The position numbers and the translations under genes were made by a program. This document shows, one piece after another, positions 13,501 through 28,500 of a stretch of DNA of 64,000 bases. The notes under the pieces were generated by a model. That model searched no databases. It saw nothing but the letters and a program-made list of their open reading frames with translations, and was not told the DNA's origin. The number at the start of each line of letters is the position of its first letter. The first letter of the stretch is position 1. Location of the stretch: NCBI GenBank assembly GCA_976551045.1, contig CDPCPM010000323.1, forward strand, positions 3,038,001 to 3,102,000. The letters run 5' to 3'. Source of the DNA: Glaucostegus cemiculus (lineage: Eukaryota).

Positions 13501-16500
13501 GTTTGTGATGCCTTGATCCTGAAAAATAATATTAAAAAAATCTTCAAGGCCTTGAAGTTTATGGTGGTTTTACATTTTACTTCTTTTAAACAATCAGCAT
13601 TTAACTTAAATGTTATTTTGTTTTAATCAATTAATGTTTTATTTTTAATTAATGCATTTTATATTTATTTTGCTGCCTGCATATCAAACATAGCGAATTA
13701 ACCTCTTGGGTATAAATATTTTCTTTATTTTTCTGTGACTGTTTATTTGCTTTTTAGCCTATTCTTTAATTCTCTGTCTCACACTTTTTCATGGTTAGTC
13801 CTTGTGTACGCCTCTGCACTCGGAGCTCAAAATTTTTCAAATTGTCTCTGCATTGAATTTCCATCCATCCTATTAACTGTCATGCCATGTTATGTTGAGA
13901 TCTCTTTTAGTTACTTGTTTGACTTTGTGTGTGAAAATCTGACTCCGATGCTTGAGGCCTGTGTCTGATTTTGCACCACACCCTTATTTTTGTGTTGATC
14001 AGACATGACAATTCTAACTAAATGTCAATATTTTCCTGTCTTGTCATGAAATTCTGTGTTCTTCCCTGCACCCCACTCCCACTTTGACATATAACAGGTT
14101 TTGGAAGCAGCAGTGATTGATAAAGGAAGTCATCAGTACATCTTCAGAGGTAGTGTGCAGGGGGACATTGAACTGATTCAGGCTGGCTCTTCTCATTGTA
14201 ACACTACCTGCTGGGGACTCGATAGCCAACTCCAGAACTTCCTCTTCTATTAACAATGTCCTTTGGCTCAGGAGATTTTGCTCTTCTCCCAGAAACTCGC
14301 CTGTAGAACCCAGATCAGACAGCCTCACACCTGCCAATAGAGTACCTATTAATTATGTGTCAATTAGCAACATGATGCTGATACATGGCAGTTCTGAGAA
14401 GAGGGAAGTATTTTGAAATAAAGCAGGGTGCTTCATTTAAAAAAAGTGTAGATTTTTCCCAAGTATGTTCCTTCAGCTGGGTCCTGACTTTAGTTTTTGA
14501 AGCGTTTCTGAAATGTTTTGACAACATGCAATGTATTTTGGTATAAGGTTGGGATACATTGTCAAATGTGAACAAAAATAAGGCTGAAGTAGAACAGATT
14601 TAATTTGGAAAATAAAATCAGGATATTAGCTGGAGTTGCAACAAAATGAGGAAAAAGTGTCACTTTAAGCTTTTCTGAGGTCTTATTTTTATGGTTATTA
14701 CTTTTTGTATATTAGCATTTCAAGTTATAATTTTGGCCATTTTTATTGGCTTATTCAGAGGGTTTTGAGCAAAACCTAGCAGATTTACAATATGTTTCAA
14801 AGAAATTATAAAGTGTTGTCAATCAGGTGATCAACAGCACGATGATATGAATAATATATGTAGATTACTTTTAAAGGGCAGTTTTATCCATTTTACCTGA
14901 CTCATGACCAAAAATCTTCACTCTTGGTATCCACTGCATTTTCTTGTAGAATTGTTGCGTCAATCTAAATACCACCCTATCACCTTTCCAAAGTCGACCT
15001 GCAAACTGGAGAATCGTGGCTTGGCATTTCTTCTGTTGCCCCCTTTTGGCTTTCTAGACATACACAGCTTTAGATTTTGATGTTGCAAACTTTGATATTG
15101 ATGGCATTGGTTTCAGTTCAGTTATACAAAATTGATGTGGCTCATATAGTTTAGCATTTCATTCATTTTGTTTCTGGACACACTTGATCTTCCCATCCGT
15201 TTTTCCTTTAGAATCAATAAATTCATTCATCTTTAATCTCACTTCCACAACGTAGAGCCACTGGTCATCTTGTATAGTTGCAGTTTGTCCCAATCCATTT
15301 TGTCCCAGGAAGTAACAGATACCAGTTTCAAAGCAAAGTTGTAAAATGGACAACAGACTGCCATCAACTGTCACTAGACCGTATTTCTCTGGATATGGCA
15401 CTAAGGCACTAGATCATATCTCTCAGGAAATGGAAGGAACTTCTTTAAACCTATTCACAAATGTTCTATGTTGGCAGCATTGAATAAGATACCATTATTG
15501 ACATTTGGAAAGATGTTGTAAAGAGTAACTGCTGCACATTGAAAACACGGTGGTTTAGACTTAATAGCTGTTGGTAGATTTGTTGACTGACTGGACACCT
15601 GAAAATACAAGTTTCATGATTCTATTTGTTTATAGGTCAAAACAAATAGTTGTTATAGCATGTGGGTGAGGCGTTTACGTGGTGAAGGATTAGGTCAGTT
15701 TGTGCATCTTGTGTCTAGTCCAGAAATGCCATCAGAGGCATCAACTTCTACTCATTTGGTTCAGAAAATTAACCAAGGCTGGTCTTCATTCCAACGGTGC
15801 ATGTCAGATGCAGAATTTAAGTGGTAGGAGCTTCCATGAAGTAAATAATAAATACTTTTATTCAGATTTGACAAATGATTAGAACATGTGTTGGTTTTGA
15901 TTGCCATGAAGAGAGTCTTTGCCCACCTGCATGAAAAGTATCATCTGGGGGGAATTTTTTTTAAATTTGGGAACAATGCTTACAACAAGGAGGTATGATC
16001 ATACAACAGTAGATAATGGGCCAAAGAAGGATTTATTTTGGGTGTTGGCTTGGTTAAATAAATAAGTTTAAGAAAGCTCTTAAAGTTGGAATGAATGTGG
16101 GGTTTAAGGAGAGAAATGTATACCTAGACATCTCTCGAGGATAGCTGTTGATCATGGATGTAGGGAGGAGAGATGCACAGGAGTCTGAGCTCTGTAGAGG
16201 CAGGAGGGATGTGATGGGCTGTCAGATTGTTGGAAGTTAAACAGTGGGAGTAGTTCAGTGTACGTGATCCAACTCAGGTCAGCACGGAAGCAGGTTGCTG
16301 GTTGACTGAACTTGTGCTCGGGCATGAGCAGCAGAACTTTTGATGAGCTGAGATCATAGATCTGGGAAGCTGGCAAAGGGAGCATTGGAGTAATTAAGAT
16401 TTAAAATTTATCAAAGATTTCTAACCAAAGTCCAGAGGAACTGTGAATCAATAAGAGTGGTAGTCCTTTTGCGAATTAAGAATAAATATAGGGAGCATTA

Positions 16501-19500
16501 TGAAACAACGGCTAAGCCAACAAACAGTCCTATGATTGTTTCTGTAACATTTATTGTACAGAAGTAATTATGGGTTTTCCTGTTACCATATATTGTCTGA
16601 AGATTGGGTGGAAGAAATTTTGAAGGAAATCTATGTCATCCTTATAATTGAAATCACCCGTGTTCACAACTCTTTTTTGAGCCAGACCTGAGGCAGTGCA
16701 TTTATGAGACCCGAGCATTTGAGAAATTTGCTTGTTTGTGGTGTGCAGGACAAAGGAATACAATTGCCCTTCAGTTAAGTTCTCTTGGCAATAACTGCTT
16801 TCAGCATAATTTTAAAAATCAGAAAAGACTGTAGAATTGGAATCAAGATGTAGGGATTGGATTCCCATAATTAGATCAGACTATCCCAGCCAATGTCACA
16901 AATTTCACATTGGAGAAACATTTCACATTATAAAGATCTGCTGTTTGGCTCATCTATTTGTACATAAATCAGGTAAGAGTCCTTAAAAGATACATGAGAA
17001 TTATGGTTAAGTCATAAAATATAATATAAGATCTTTATTAGTCACATGTACATCGAAGCACACAGTGAAATACATCTTTCGTGTAGTGATTTGGGGGGGC
17101 AGCCCGCAAGTGTCACCATGCTTACGGTGCCAACATAGCATGCCCATGACTGCCTAACCTGTACGTCTTTGGAATGTGGGAGGAAACCGGAGCACCCAGA
17201 GGAAACCCACGCAGACACGGGGAGAACGTACAAACTTACAGACAGTGGCCGGATTTGAACCCGGGTCGCTGGCGCTGTAAAGCATTGTGCTAACCACCAT
17301 GCTACTGTGCCGTATACTGTATTTTAAATGCATATGAAATTCAGGCTGTCAACACAGTTCATGTGCATTTTAAGCCTGATTGATCAGCCACATGGTATTA
17401 AGTATACATTTATTCAAGGCATATTGTAATACTCAAAACTTTACGCAAAGAGGACAATTTTATTGGTCAGATTTGTAATTTTATCTTTTGTCCCCAATTT
17501 TACTGGTTAATTTTTATTTCCTACCTGGAGGATAAAGGAATACAATTTGTTATTTGGAAACAAGTCTTTAGTAACTGCACTATCTCAGCAAGATCAAGAG
17601 TGGAGAGACAGATACAAATCTTATCTCTTTCACTGGATGGCTATTTAAAAAAAATCCATGTGGCCACTAAATTTTGGGTGCTGGGGTTATTATGAATGAT
17701 TTTTTTAACATTAATTATGATTGCTTTGAATGTATACAATGTACTTGTATGTTTTTAATGATAGAATAACACTGCTCTTCTGCCCAAAATAAATTGAACA
17801 TTTACAGATGCAACAGACAGTTGTGAAATTGATGAGGATTCATACCACAAATAGTTGTTGCTTTTTGGCTAATACATGTGATAGTTTGGTTTTTACATGG
17901 GTGTTTTAAGTGGGTTGGTCAAATTTACAAGACGAGAGAAAGGAAAACTCAAGCCTCCTCACGTCACATCTTTGCTGACTTGATTCATTGGTGTTTTGCA
18001 GATTTGTGATTTCTTGTGCTTTTCTCTGTAGTTATTTGTTCCTTTTTTCAACGTGATTGAAGTATAGGTGATGAGCATAGACCCACTATCTGTCCAGTGG
18101 ATAGGAAAATATTTAATTGACAACATCAGCGCCATTGAATGTAGTCAGTGTATTATTTATACAGGCGCATTACAAAGTGACATTAGAAAATCAGTAAGAT
18201 CATACCAGAATATAGGAAGGTGAAAATTAGGTTTTATCTAAAGTACAGTTAGATCACTTCTAAAACTTTCTATATTCTGGTGTCATGATTTCCTTTCTAA
18301 TATCTAACTTAATATTTTAAACATGTAAAAGTATAGGTTTTTTGTTCTGTTAGAAGTTTAATTGAATAACATATTTTAATAGGGCTAAAACTTTTAGTTG
18401 AAATTTATGTTGCTAAGCATTGCTTTTGTTGTTTAAACCAGTTTTGAAAGAAACCGACTTGAGTGCTTGGGAAACATTCAAGATAAAATTACAGTTTGTG
18501 CCACTGATGACTCGTATCAGATGACTCGGGACCGTGTGTCACAAGTAGAGAAGGAGTCTTGGAGTCGAGCAACTATAGAAATTAAACCAGAGACGCCATA
18601 TCAAGGTAAAAATACCTTAAAGTAATAGTCTCTTGTACGTTCAATCATAGATTAAACAAAATGTACCTGTTTTAACCAAGCTCTATGTGGCAACAAACTT
18701 AAGAATTAGTTTTCTGCTGGAATGTAGTTCTGTGACATGATAATTGTGTGTTTTCACAAGAGTGCAGCTGCAATGTATCAGTCCTAAAATGCTGTGTGTG
18801 TGAGACCTTTGCAACCCTGGTGTGATTTCAGCTTCATGGACACAGGGCTGGCATCATTTCCTATGCAATATGTCTTCTGGAGGACTTCAGCAGAATTTGC
18901 ATCACGTTGTCCTGGAGCACCTGTTACCAAACATCTGCAGGACATTTTGGTTTTCATCCCACTGGACCATCTAGGGACGTATGGTGTTAAGCATTGACTA
19001 AACCTTGGGGTTCCTTCACTTCCATAATGGACCAACTCCCTGATCCTCCCCCCATTCTGCAGATCCCCCCCATAATATGCAGCCAATCCCCTGAGCTCAC
19101 CCTACTTACCTCCACCAATATAGCCAGTTCTAGTCCATTCACTCCTTACCAAATGTCATTGGCTGCAGTCCAATTTTCTCTTCCCGGCATCAGGTGTTGC
19201 CTTGAATTTCACCCCTCCCCCAAACAATGTTGACCTGCTCTCTGCTCTCCCCCTTCCCAATCATATGTTGTCCGGTTTCCAATCTCACCCCCCAAAATAC
19301 ATTTTAGCAATTATAAGAAAACTGCTGCACTATTGTTTTAATTGAAAATGTTGAAGCATGTATAAGATATGAAATATGTACATTAATAATGTGCTTCATT
19401 CTAAAAATACCTAATTTATAATGTATGAACATTTGTAGACTTCTGCACTAAATTTGAACACATTATTTTGAAATGGTCAAATATTTGGTTTAACTAATTT

Positions 19501-22500
19501 CTAAAATAAGCCATACTTTAGCTAGCACCTTTGAATTATACCTTTTATTGTAGCTTTTCTTAGCACACTTCCATTTGATAGTCCAATGCTCATGAAAGTC
19601 CATTATTACTTTCTTTATAATAAAGTAGACCCTCTGTGTCTTGTTACATAGCACGTGTATCGCCATTTAAAATCCAGTTTTGTTTCCTAGGGACACGCAA
19701 ACCAATCAGTGTTCGAAAGCAAACAACAAGCCCAGCGACTGATGTCATTCCACTTAGAAAACACTCGCCCCCTATGAATCCATGTGCTGCGGTGAAGAAA
19801 AATCATGTCAGTTCCATTAGCCAAAAGCCTCTGAGAGATCGTATCACCCACCTTTTGGCTCTGAAGCCATATAAAAAGCCTGAGCTTATTGTATGGTTGG
19901 AGAGAGAGAAAGCTAACCCAAAGGACAAGGCTGAACTGTCATATGTATTGGACCAGGTGAGAAAGAATAAAGAACTGATTCAACCCAAGGTTGATCACAG
20001 TGCATTACAACAAATGAAATGCATTTAAAATATAATTCTCATTTAAGATATCTTTATTAGTCACATGTACATCGAAACACACAGTGAAATACATCTTTTT
20101 TGCGTAGAGTGTAGCCCGGGGGCAGCCCACAAGTGTTGCCATGCTTCTGGCGCCAACATACCACGCCCACAACTTCCTAACCCGTACGTCTTTGGAATGT
20201 GGGAGGAAACTGGAGCACCCGAAGGAAACCCACACAGACACATGGGAAGAATGTACATTTAATGTCAAGTTAAAGAACTAAAAGGAATTACAGAGATATG
20301 AAGGGAGAGGCCATGAGGGGTTTGAATACAACATTGTTTAATCAGAACCCAGTGTAGATCTCCAGGCAGAGAAGTAATGGGTGAGCAGGGCTTGATGCAA
20401 ATTAAGACGATGTGAAGCAGAGTTTTGGATGATGAAGATAGAATAAGTGAGGTCAACCAAGTGTAGTCAGGTCTTCTGCTCATCCCAATGCTCCTTGACC
20501 TGCAGTTTAACAATTTAGAGAAATTAGAATGGTCGAGAGAGGTGTTGAGGTCTAGCTTGGTTTTGCAGCAGTTTGCAAGGACAAAGGAATTAATGTATGG
20601 TTTCTTATGCTGGAGAATGAGTTGAAATTTCAGAAATCAGAGCAACACTGGGTGTGGGTTAAAGGGTTGGCAGCCATGGTAAGAGCAGGTAATCGTTTTA
20701 ATGGGAAATATTGCATCAAAAGTGGGTAAGACCGTGGTGAACAGAAATAGATGGCTGTAGATAGATCATGGTGAATGGGTTAATTTGCAGGCCTGCATTT
20801 CAGTCCCCCTGGAGAGCTGATTTTCTGTATCTCTGCATATAATTCCAAGTAGGGGAACGTGGGTGGTATGAACACATTGCACAACTTTGTGTAATGTACG
20901 TTGGTGTTTTGTCAAGTATTTAGCGGAATTAATTAGTTGAACACAATATTTTGTTTGTCACTCTGTACCAAGTGTTATTGATAAGATTACAAAGTTAAAT
21001 GTTCTCTCAATTTCCTGAAGCATGCCATTCAAGCTATACTGTTGTGTAGAATTCCTTGCTCTGTTCTATTCTAGTTTGTTTCAGTTGTTTAATTTTAATT
21101 TTCAGGTTTTCAGTAAATTTTGCTTTGGAAACACCAAGATTTGTTAACCTAGTATAGCTAACTACACACAAGTAGAACAACTTACTTGGCTGCTGAAACA
21201 ATTTATATATCATTCACATTAAAAGTTCTTCTAGATAGGTAACAATCTTAGAAAATAGTTTCTGTTCCTTGAAAAATATTGTTACAGGTGCGCTGGTTAG
21301 ACTGAGCAAAGCATTTAGTGGAAGTCTATTTTTAGAAGATACAGATGTGCTGACAGATAATTAAGAAACCTTAATAGAAAAAAATAAAATGCTAATTGGT
21401 AGATCATATAATTAATTAACACAAATTAAGTTCAAAGGGAATATAATGTGGAGGAAGAATCTCTCTGCCAATAGGAACATTCACTAATTCAATGCAAATT
21501 ATATTTGCATGCTGAAAGCAGCACCATTGTAGATATAACATTTGGCAGTTCACTTCTTTTGATTTAGAGTTTATCTGAAAATAGTTAACAATGCATCTGT
21601 TCCCAATTTGACTCAGAATTACTTCAGCTGTATCCTTCAGGATAACCAGTTTTGTAGATGTAAACAGCTTCAGGTTCCTCCTTCATTGTCTGTTTACCTA
21701 ATTGCTGCACATCTTGATAGATCTGAGTTAGAAACATTGCTAGAATTATTCAGCTGGTTGGGCAGGATTTGCAAAGGTAGATAGAGTTAACTCATTAAAT
21801 GTCAAAACTGCTGTGTTGTTGTTCATTCTAGTATAGTTGTGCTATTACTTCATTACCAGTATGCTGCCACTGTTTTACCTTTTTTATTACATCAACCCAA
21901 GCCAAGTTCTACCTGTGTAGGAGTTCTATCCATCATTATGGCTAAGATTTCAGCCACCTTTTCTACAATGTATTAAATGTTCTTTCAATACCCTCAACCT
22001 TCCTAGTGCCTCTGATATTGCATCAATTTTGCTTTTAAATGTAGATGCTTAAATAGTTAAATTTCATATTTATTTGTGAAGGCCTTGCATCCATCACATA
22101 CTTAATGTAAATAGATTCACAGAACAAGAAAACATAAATAGGGGTACAACCAGAAAGTGTCCTAAGAAGTGCCACAGAAGGGGAAAATTTGTCTCCAGTT
22201 AATCCCAGGATGTGTTGAATCACAAATTGAATTTTGTACTCTTTAAAGGGACATATTCAGCACAGCTCCACCATAAAATCAAGGTAACTCAATGACAGTT
22301 ATATGGTATAAGTCCAAATGTAAAATAGTATATTTTCTGATTAGCTAGGAAGATAGTCTAGGTGTTTAATTTTTTACATAGAAATTTGCTTAATATGGTA
22401 CAGTTAATACATTTATATTTGCACAGGAATGGACAGCATGAATAATTTGCAGACCACTAAAATTTGGATACTTTGTGAACTAAAATCTTCTTCAACCTGA

Positions 22501-25500
22501 ATTGTTTTGTGATAAGAATGACCTTAAGAGCTTAGAGACGATATTTATATTTTCTGTCATTGATAATATCCCGCTGAATCTCAATTCATTGTAACTTCGG
22601 CAAAGTGAAAATTGAACTGTATGTACAACCTTTAAACAGAGCATTTGTACTCTGTGGAACATCTGATTTCAAATATTTATTAGTTCATGTAAGGCACATA
22701 CTCCTGTCTACATAGCTCTCTGTGTCAATTTTGGATGTCTTTATGGCAATTTTTGATATAAATGATCCTAATTTTAAAAGGGTATAAATTACTTGTCTAT
22801 TTCTCTTTATCTGGAACTCTAAGCTTGAAGAGTTTTTTTGTTTCAATTTGTTGATTTAACTAATTGAATCACCGAAAATATCTTCTGAAAAAAAGAGCTT
22901 GCTATTTTTTTCACTAGCAGTTGAAATATCTGAATTAAAAGTAAAATGTTAAAACTTCAGTAAAGAACATGGCAGCTGAAAATAGTATTAACAATCTCTT
23001 GAAAATTCTTCTAGCCAAAATCACAAAATTCATCAGTGCTAGTTCCAAGACACACCTAGCAAGCTGTCACATAAAGCTACTCTGTTTCAAAAATAGTGGG
23101 TTTTAGGGATTGAATTACCTTGATTAGTAGCACCTCTCCTTAGAGCTCTGAATCAGAAGGCAGCCCATAAGGAGGGACGCCACAGTATAACGAGCAGTGT
23201 TTCAGCTACTGTGGAGTCTTGGCAAGAACTGTGCATACCATTGTGATTCTGGCGGTGGATGGGGAGGTGAGGGGAGGCTGGGGGCATAGTTCTCTTGGGA
23301 AGCCAAGGAATCTGGACAAGCCTCTGAAGAATAGTGTGCATAGGAAGCATCAACTTTGTGCAAAGGGCAAGAGGAGGCAGGAAGATGTCTCTAACCCTTG
23401 CACTTTTATGAGACTGCAGTGCAGCCAAATGCCCCTTACAGGTCTGAATGTAAAAGTTACATTGACTAAAATTTGAAGATTCCATGCTATTCTGATAAGA
23501 GTTTTGCTTGACTTTTGCAAAGCAGCAGTGAACAGCAAAATGTTATATTTGGATTATATCAGATCTTTATTAGTCACATGTACATCGAAACACACAGTGA
23601 AATGCATCTTTTGCCTAGAGTGTTCTGGAGGCAGCCCGCAAGTGTCGTCATGTTTCTGGCACCAACATAGCATGCCCACAACTTCCTAACCTGTACGTCT
23701 TTGGAATGTGGGTGGAAACCAGAGCACCCGGAGGAAACCCACACAGACACGGGGAGAACATACAAACTCCTTACAGACAGTGGCTGGAATTGAACTCAGG
23801 TCACTGGCACTGTAGAGCGTTACACTAACTGCTATACTACCCTGCCTGCCATATGCAACCTGAAAGGATCCTGAAGCAAGGTTTCTGAGACTGAGGGTGA
23901 TCTTGATTTTTTAGCTTCTTGTACTTGATGTTTTCCAGAGTTCACAGTTGTGAGTGTGGACTAACTTGTGAGGGGTGAAGGCTGCAAAAGTGTTATTCCT
24001 GAAGGAAATGTTGGTGAGAGGATGCTACCTTATGAAGGAAAAGGCTTTTTAATTCCACCTCTTTAGATGTCTTTCTCCTTTTTTTAACTCATTTTTCATT
24101 TCATAAACATGGAACCAGCCTTTAATTGTAGAGTTTCTTCGACCATTTCGGGCCTCTTAATTTTGATGGGAAGCCTGCTAAAAGCATGTGGAAGTACAGA
24201 GACCAAGTTCATGTTTTTAATCAGTCTGCTTGAAGTTTGTTTTGCAGTGAGTCATCCAGTACTTGAGCAATTACTGACCCTGAGAGTAATGATCAATTTG
24301 AGCCTTCGGCATTCTTCTGAGATTGAGCAGTGACTGTTACTAGCACAACCAGTGTGTTACAGTACCCCATCAGAGATTAATTTTGACTGTCAGTTTGTCA
24401 CACACAATTTGACGTCATTTGGGCAAGCTGAATGCCAGAAACCTTGCACCAAAAATTCCGTACCCAAATAATGACTGCTGTTAATTCTATGCACAAAGCA
24501 GTTTAATACCACATTGACGTGCATTGCAATTTTTCTGTCATTCTGTCATTTCAAGACCAATGTCTTAGGATATCCAAGCACTTCTAACAATTTTTAGATG
24601 TAGTTCTGGTTACGTGGGCAAACCTGGCGCCAATCATGAGATAAAATGATCACTTAATGGTAGTGTTGATTGTGAGAGAGAGTGCTGTGATCCTTGCAGG
24701 CGTCTAATTCATGGATTTAGCTGAATTAGTATACTGTATAGGGATATTTGAAGTGGCTTACATCAAAGGACATGGCCTTGACTTTCTTTTAGTTGTTGTT
24801 ATCACTTGCTTAGCAAGTGCTATCTGCCATTTTTCGAGTCGTCTGATGAATGTTATTCTGGTCTTCTGGTTGAATGCCAGGGCCAGATTTATAATTGTTG
24901 GAATATTGAACAGAGGTGAGATAACTCCATTTCTGATCTAATGATGGAGATTAAATTTATCCTGTTTTTTGTGGATGATGTACATCAAGGCATTCATTGT
25001 GTTGTGTAAATGCCATTGCTGTAACTGTGCTGGAACAGCCTGGCTGGGGAATTGGCTAATTCCAGTGCGCAATCTAAATCAGTTGGATGTTAAACTCACT
25101 GAAGAAGGACCCTTTTTGGGAGAGGTGAAATAAAATCATTGATACTTTTGGCTGAAGATGTGCAGTAATTTGTCTTTTGCATTCACGGTTTGGGGTTCAG
25201 CACAGTGGGGTGTTCATGAAGCTACTTTCAGCAGTGAATTGCCAAGTTGGTTAAAGCTGCAGTCCTTTGCTCTGGAGTGTTGATAGTGTTTAATGTCCAA
25301 GTAGCTCTAGGCTTCTACTCCATTTTATAATATACTTATTGCACTCCTCATTCAAATAGGATTGCTTTCATGGTATGAAGCTGATCAGAAAATGAACACC
25401 AAGGTATTTTGTGTGAAGTCATTTGGATTAAAACTTGGGAACCATTTAAGATTATTTTAATTTGCCACCAAGGGAAAGTCATTTATTGGATCTGATTTTC

Positions 25501-28500
25501 TGTAGTCCAAAAAAAAACAGTTGTTGGCTGCTAAATGTGTCATGGATGAATGCAAACTGACCTAATAATTCTCTGGATGAAAGAAGATTTCACTATTTGC
25601 CCATATTTACCATAAATGCATGTCTTCTGGTATCTGATTCAAATATTTTATATTACAGAATGCATTTAGTACAATTTCCTAATATGCAATTAATGATTAG
25701 GATTGTAGAATGAGGAGTCTGCTGAATTTAGACTCGGGGAAAGAAGATAATCTCTGTAGATTTAGTCCATTACTGAATTTGTTTTGCATGACCTGAGTTT
25801 TGTTGTTTTCTCTGGATGAATTTGCATTTAATGATTTTATTTTATTGGTATCAGACTTAATAGGATTTATTGTAATACTGCTTATTCTGTTGACACTTGC
25901 AGAAGATACTCTGGAACTTCACAGAAGACCAGGGAAAAAAAATCTTATTATCATAAATTTCCTTAATTGGCCCCACAAACCAAAAATTGTACTGTGAATA
26001 TTATTATTTATTTACAGCGTGGTAACAGGCCCTTTCGGCCCTCTGAGTCCACGCCGCCCAATTTAAACCCCCAAATTAACCTACCCGTACGTCTTTCAGA
26101 ATGTGGGAGGAAACCGGATCACCCGGAGGAAACCCACGCAGACACGGGAGAACGTACAAACTCCTTACAGACTACGATGGGAATCGAACCCCGATCGCTG
26201 GCGCTGTAACAGTGTCGCGCTAACCGCTACGCTATCGTGCCACCCAATAAATTCAGATTAAATTATATTAAGATTTCAAAATGTCTGTTTTGATATAAAT
26301 TTACTAAAATTACTTTTGTCTGAGCATGCTTTTTATTTTCAACACAGGTGGCAAAGTTAAATGTAAAGGACAACAGCTACACACTAAAGGATGAGCTCTA
26401 TAAGGAAATCCAACAGGATTGGCCTGGTTACAATGATGAAGAAAAGCAATTGATACGGAGACACCTATTAAGGTAGATTTCTGTAAATCGATAATTCTTT
26501 TTAGAATTTGCTTTGAAGACATTTTCCTCATAGCACCTTGCACTTCAAAGAATCAGAAGTGTTTTTTTAAGATAATAAAGCAACCCCATTCCTGCATGAA
26601 GCAAAGCCTGGCTATGGGTCTAGGCATGGATTACAGTGGTAAGTTAGCTGTGCCATTTCTAACCAGCTATTCTTAACATTCATTGACATGACCATCACTG
26701 AGCACCTTGCCACAAAAATCCTCATTGACCAGAAATTTTAGCCATATTTATAAAAGCAAATCAAAGGCTGGATAACATGTTGAGAGAGACTCATTTCCTT
26801 ATTCCACAATGCCTTTCAATAATCTACAAAATATGTCAGGAGTTTGACAGTATATTGCCTAGATGTGCACAGCTGGAACAATACTTAAGCTCAACATCAT
26901 TCAGCACAAAGCAGCTCTCTTGATTGGAACTCCTTTCATCAACCTAAGCATTTATATGGTTTAGTGTGTCTGCAGAATGTTAAATTCAGAAAATAAAACA
27001 AGGCAGTAACTTAGCAAATCTTCTCTAAGAACCCCTCTCAAAACAGTGTTTGTAGCACCTAGTAGGACAACTGCAGCGTATGATGGACAAAGCACCACCT
27101 GCCCTTTCCACTTCAAGTCATTCACTGTTCTGACTAGGAAATACATTGCCATTCCTTGCTGGGTCTAACTCCGGGAATTCCCCACTGAAAAGAATTGTGC
27201 GAATGCAGATGGATTGTACCTCTTCGAGGTGGCGGCTCATCACCACCTGAAAGACATTTGGGTATGTGAATAAGTACCCCAAATGTGAGTACTAGAGAAA
27301 CAAAGGACTGCAGATGCTGGAATCTAGATGAAAAGCACTCTGATGCCTGAGGAACTCAGCAGGCCGGGCAGCATGGAGAAAAGCAGGCAGTCAATGTTTT
27401 GGGTCGGGACCCTTCTTGAGGACTGAAGATAAGAAAAGGGGGAGCCCAATATATAGGAGGGAAAAGCAGAGCAGTAATAGGTGGACTAAAGGGGGCAGGG
27501 GGCGGGCACAAGATGGTGATAGGTAGATGCAGGTGAGAGGTAGTGAAAAGCAGTTGTGAAGGAGGAGGGGAGCAGATCCACCAGGGGATGGGTCACAGGT
27601 AAGGAGGAAAAAAAGCCACAGTTATTTGGACTACCCACATCCCAAAAATGAACAAACCAAGAACTAGCAGTCACTGCTAAATTTTCAGTGTCTACATTAG
27701 CCTCATAATAAGGGTAAGAGCCTATAATTTAAATTAAGCTATCATGTGGGAAGGTAAGCTCTGAGAGGGATTCTGGCTGCAAGAGTATACAGATTAATAG
27801 AGTAAATAGTTAAGAAAGGAGCAGATGGAAGATAATCTGAAGAAATACAGTGTTCTTCAGATGTTGTTCTGAGACATATTTTGTAATGTTGATGTTAAAA
27901 AGATCTGGGTTTCCTTGGGTATAAATTACAGAAAGTTAACAAACTGGTGCAGTGATGTTTATGAAAATAGACCTTATATTGGCCTTCGTTTCAAAAGAAT
28001 AAGAAGGTAAGAGAGCAACTGTCTTCTCAAAGTTATACATGGCTTTATTTAGAGCATATCAAGACTACCATGTATGGTTTTGATCTATTTATGATGGATA
28101 TTTCTGTAGGTGTGTGATGAGTTTGCACTAGATGTATTCTGGCACAAGAGAAAACTAAGTAGACCGGGTTCATATTTTCTAGAATGCAGAAAATTAAGAG
28201 AGGATCTTCTTGTAACATAACTTTGTTAAAGGATCTGAAAAGTCTTGCTGGACCTTGTTTTGATTAGCTGGGGAGTTTGAAACGAGGAGTGGCAATCACG
28301 GAATAAAGGCTGTTTAGAACAGAAATGAGGGGTAATTTCTTCACAACGTAATGAACCCTTGGAATTTTCTGCCTTTAGAAGGATGTGAATGTTCAGTTTT
28401 ATTTAGAGTAGGGGTAATAGACTTTGGATTATGAAGGAATTAAGAGATATGGAGAATAATGTGGGAAGATGGAGGTACAAGATCAGCCATGATATTGAAA

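Noticed and set aside
17042-23765. Three similar minus-strand ORFs ([22 protein letters not shown])
   Set aside because: They are translations of V-SINE copies, not a gene family.
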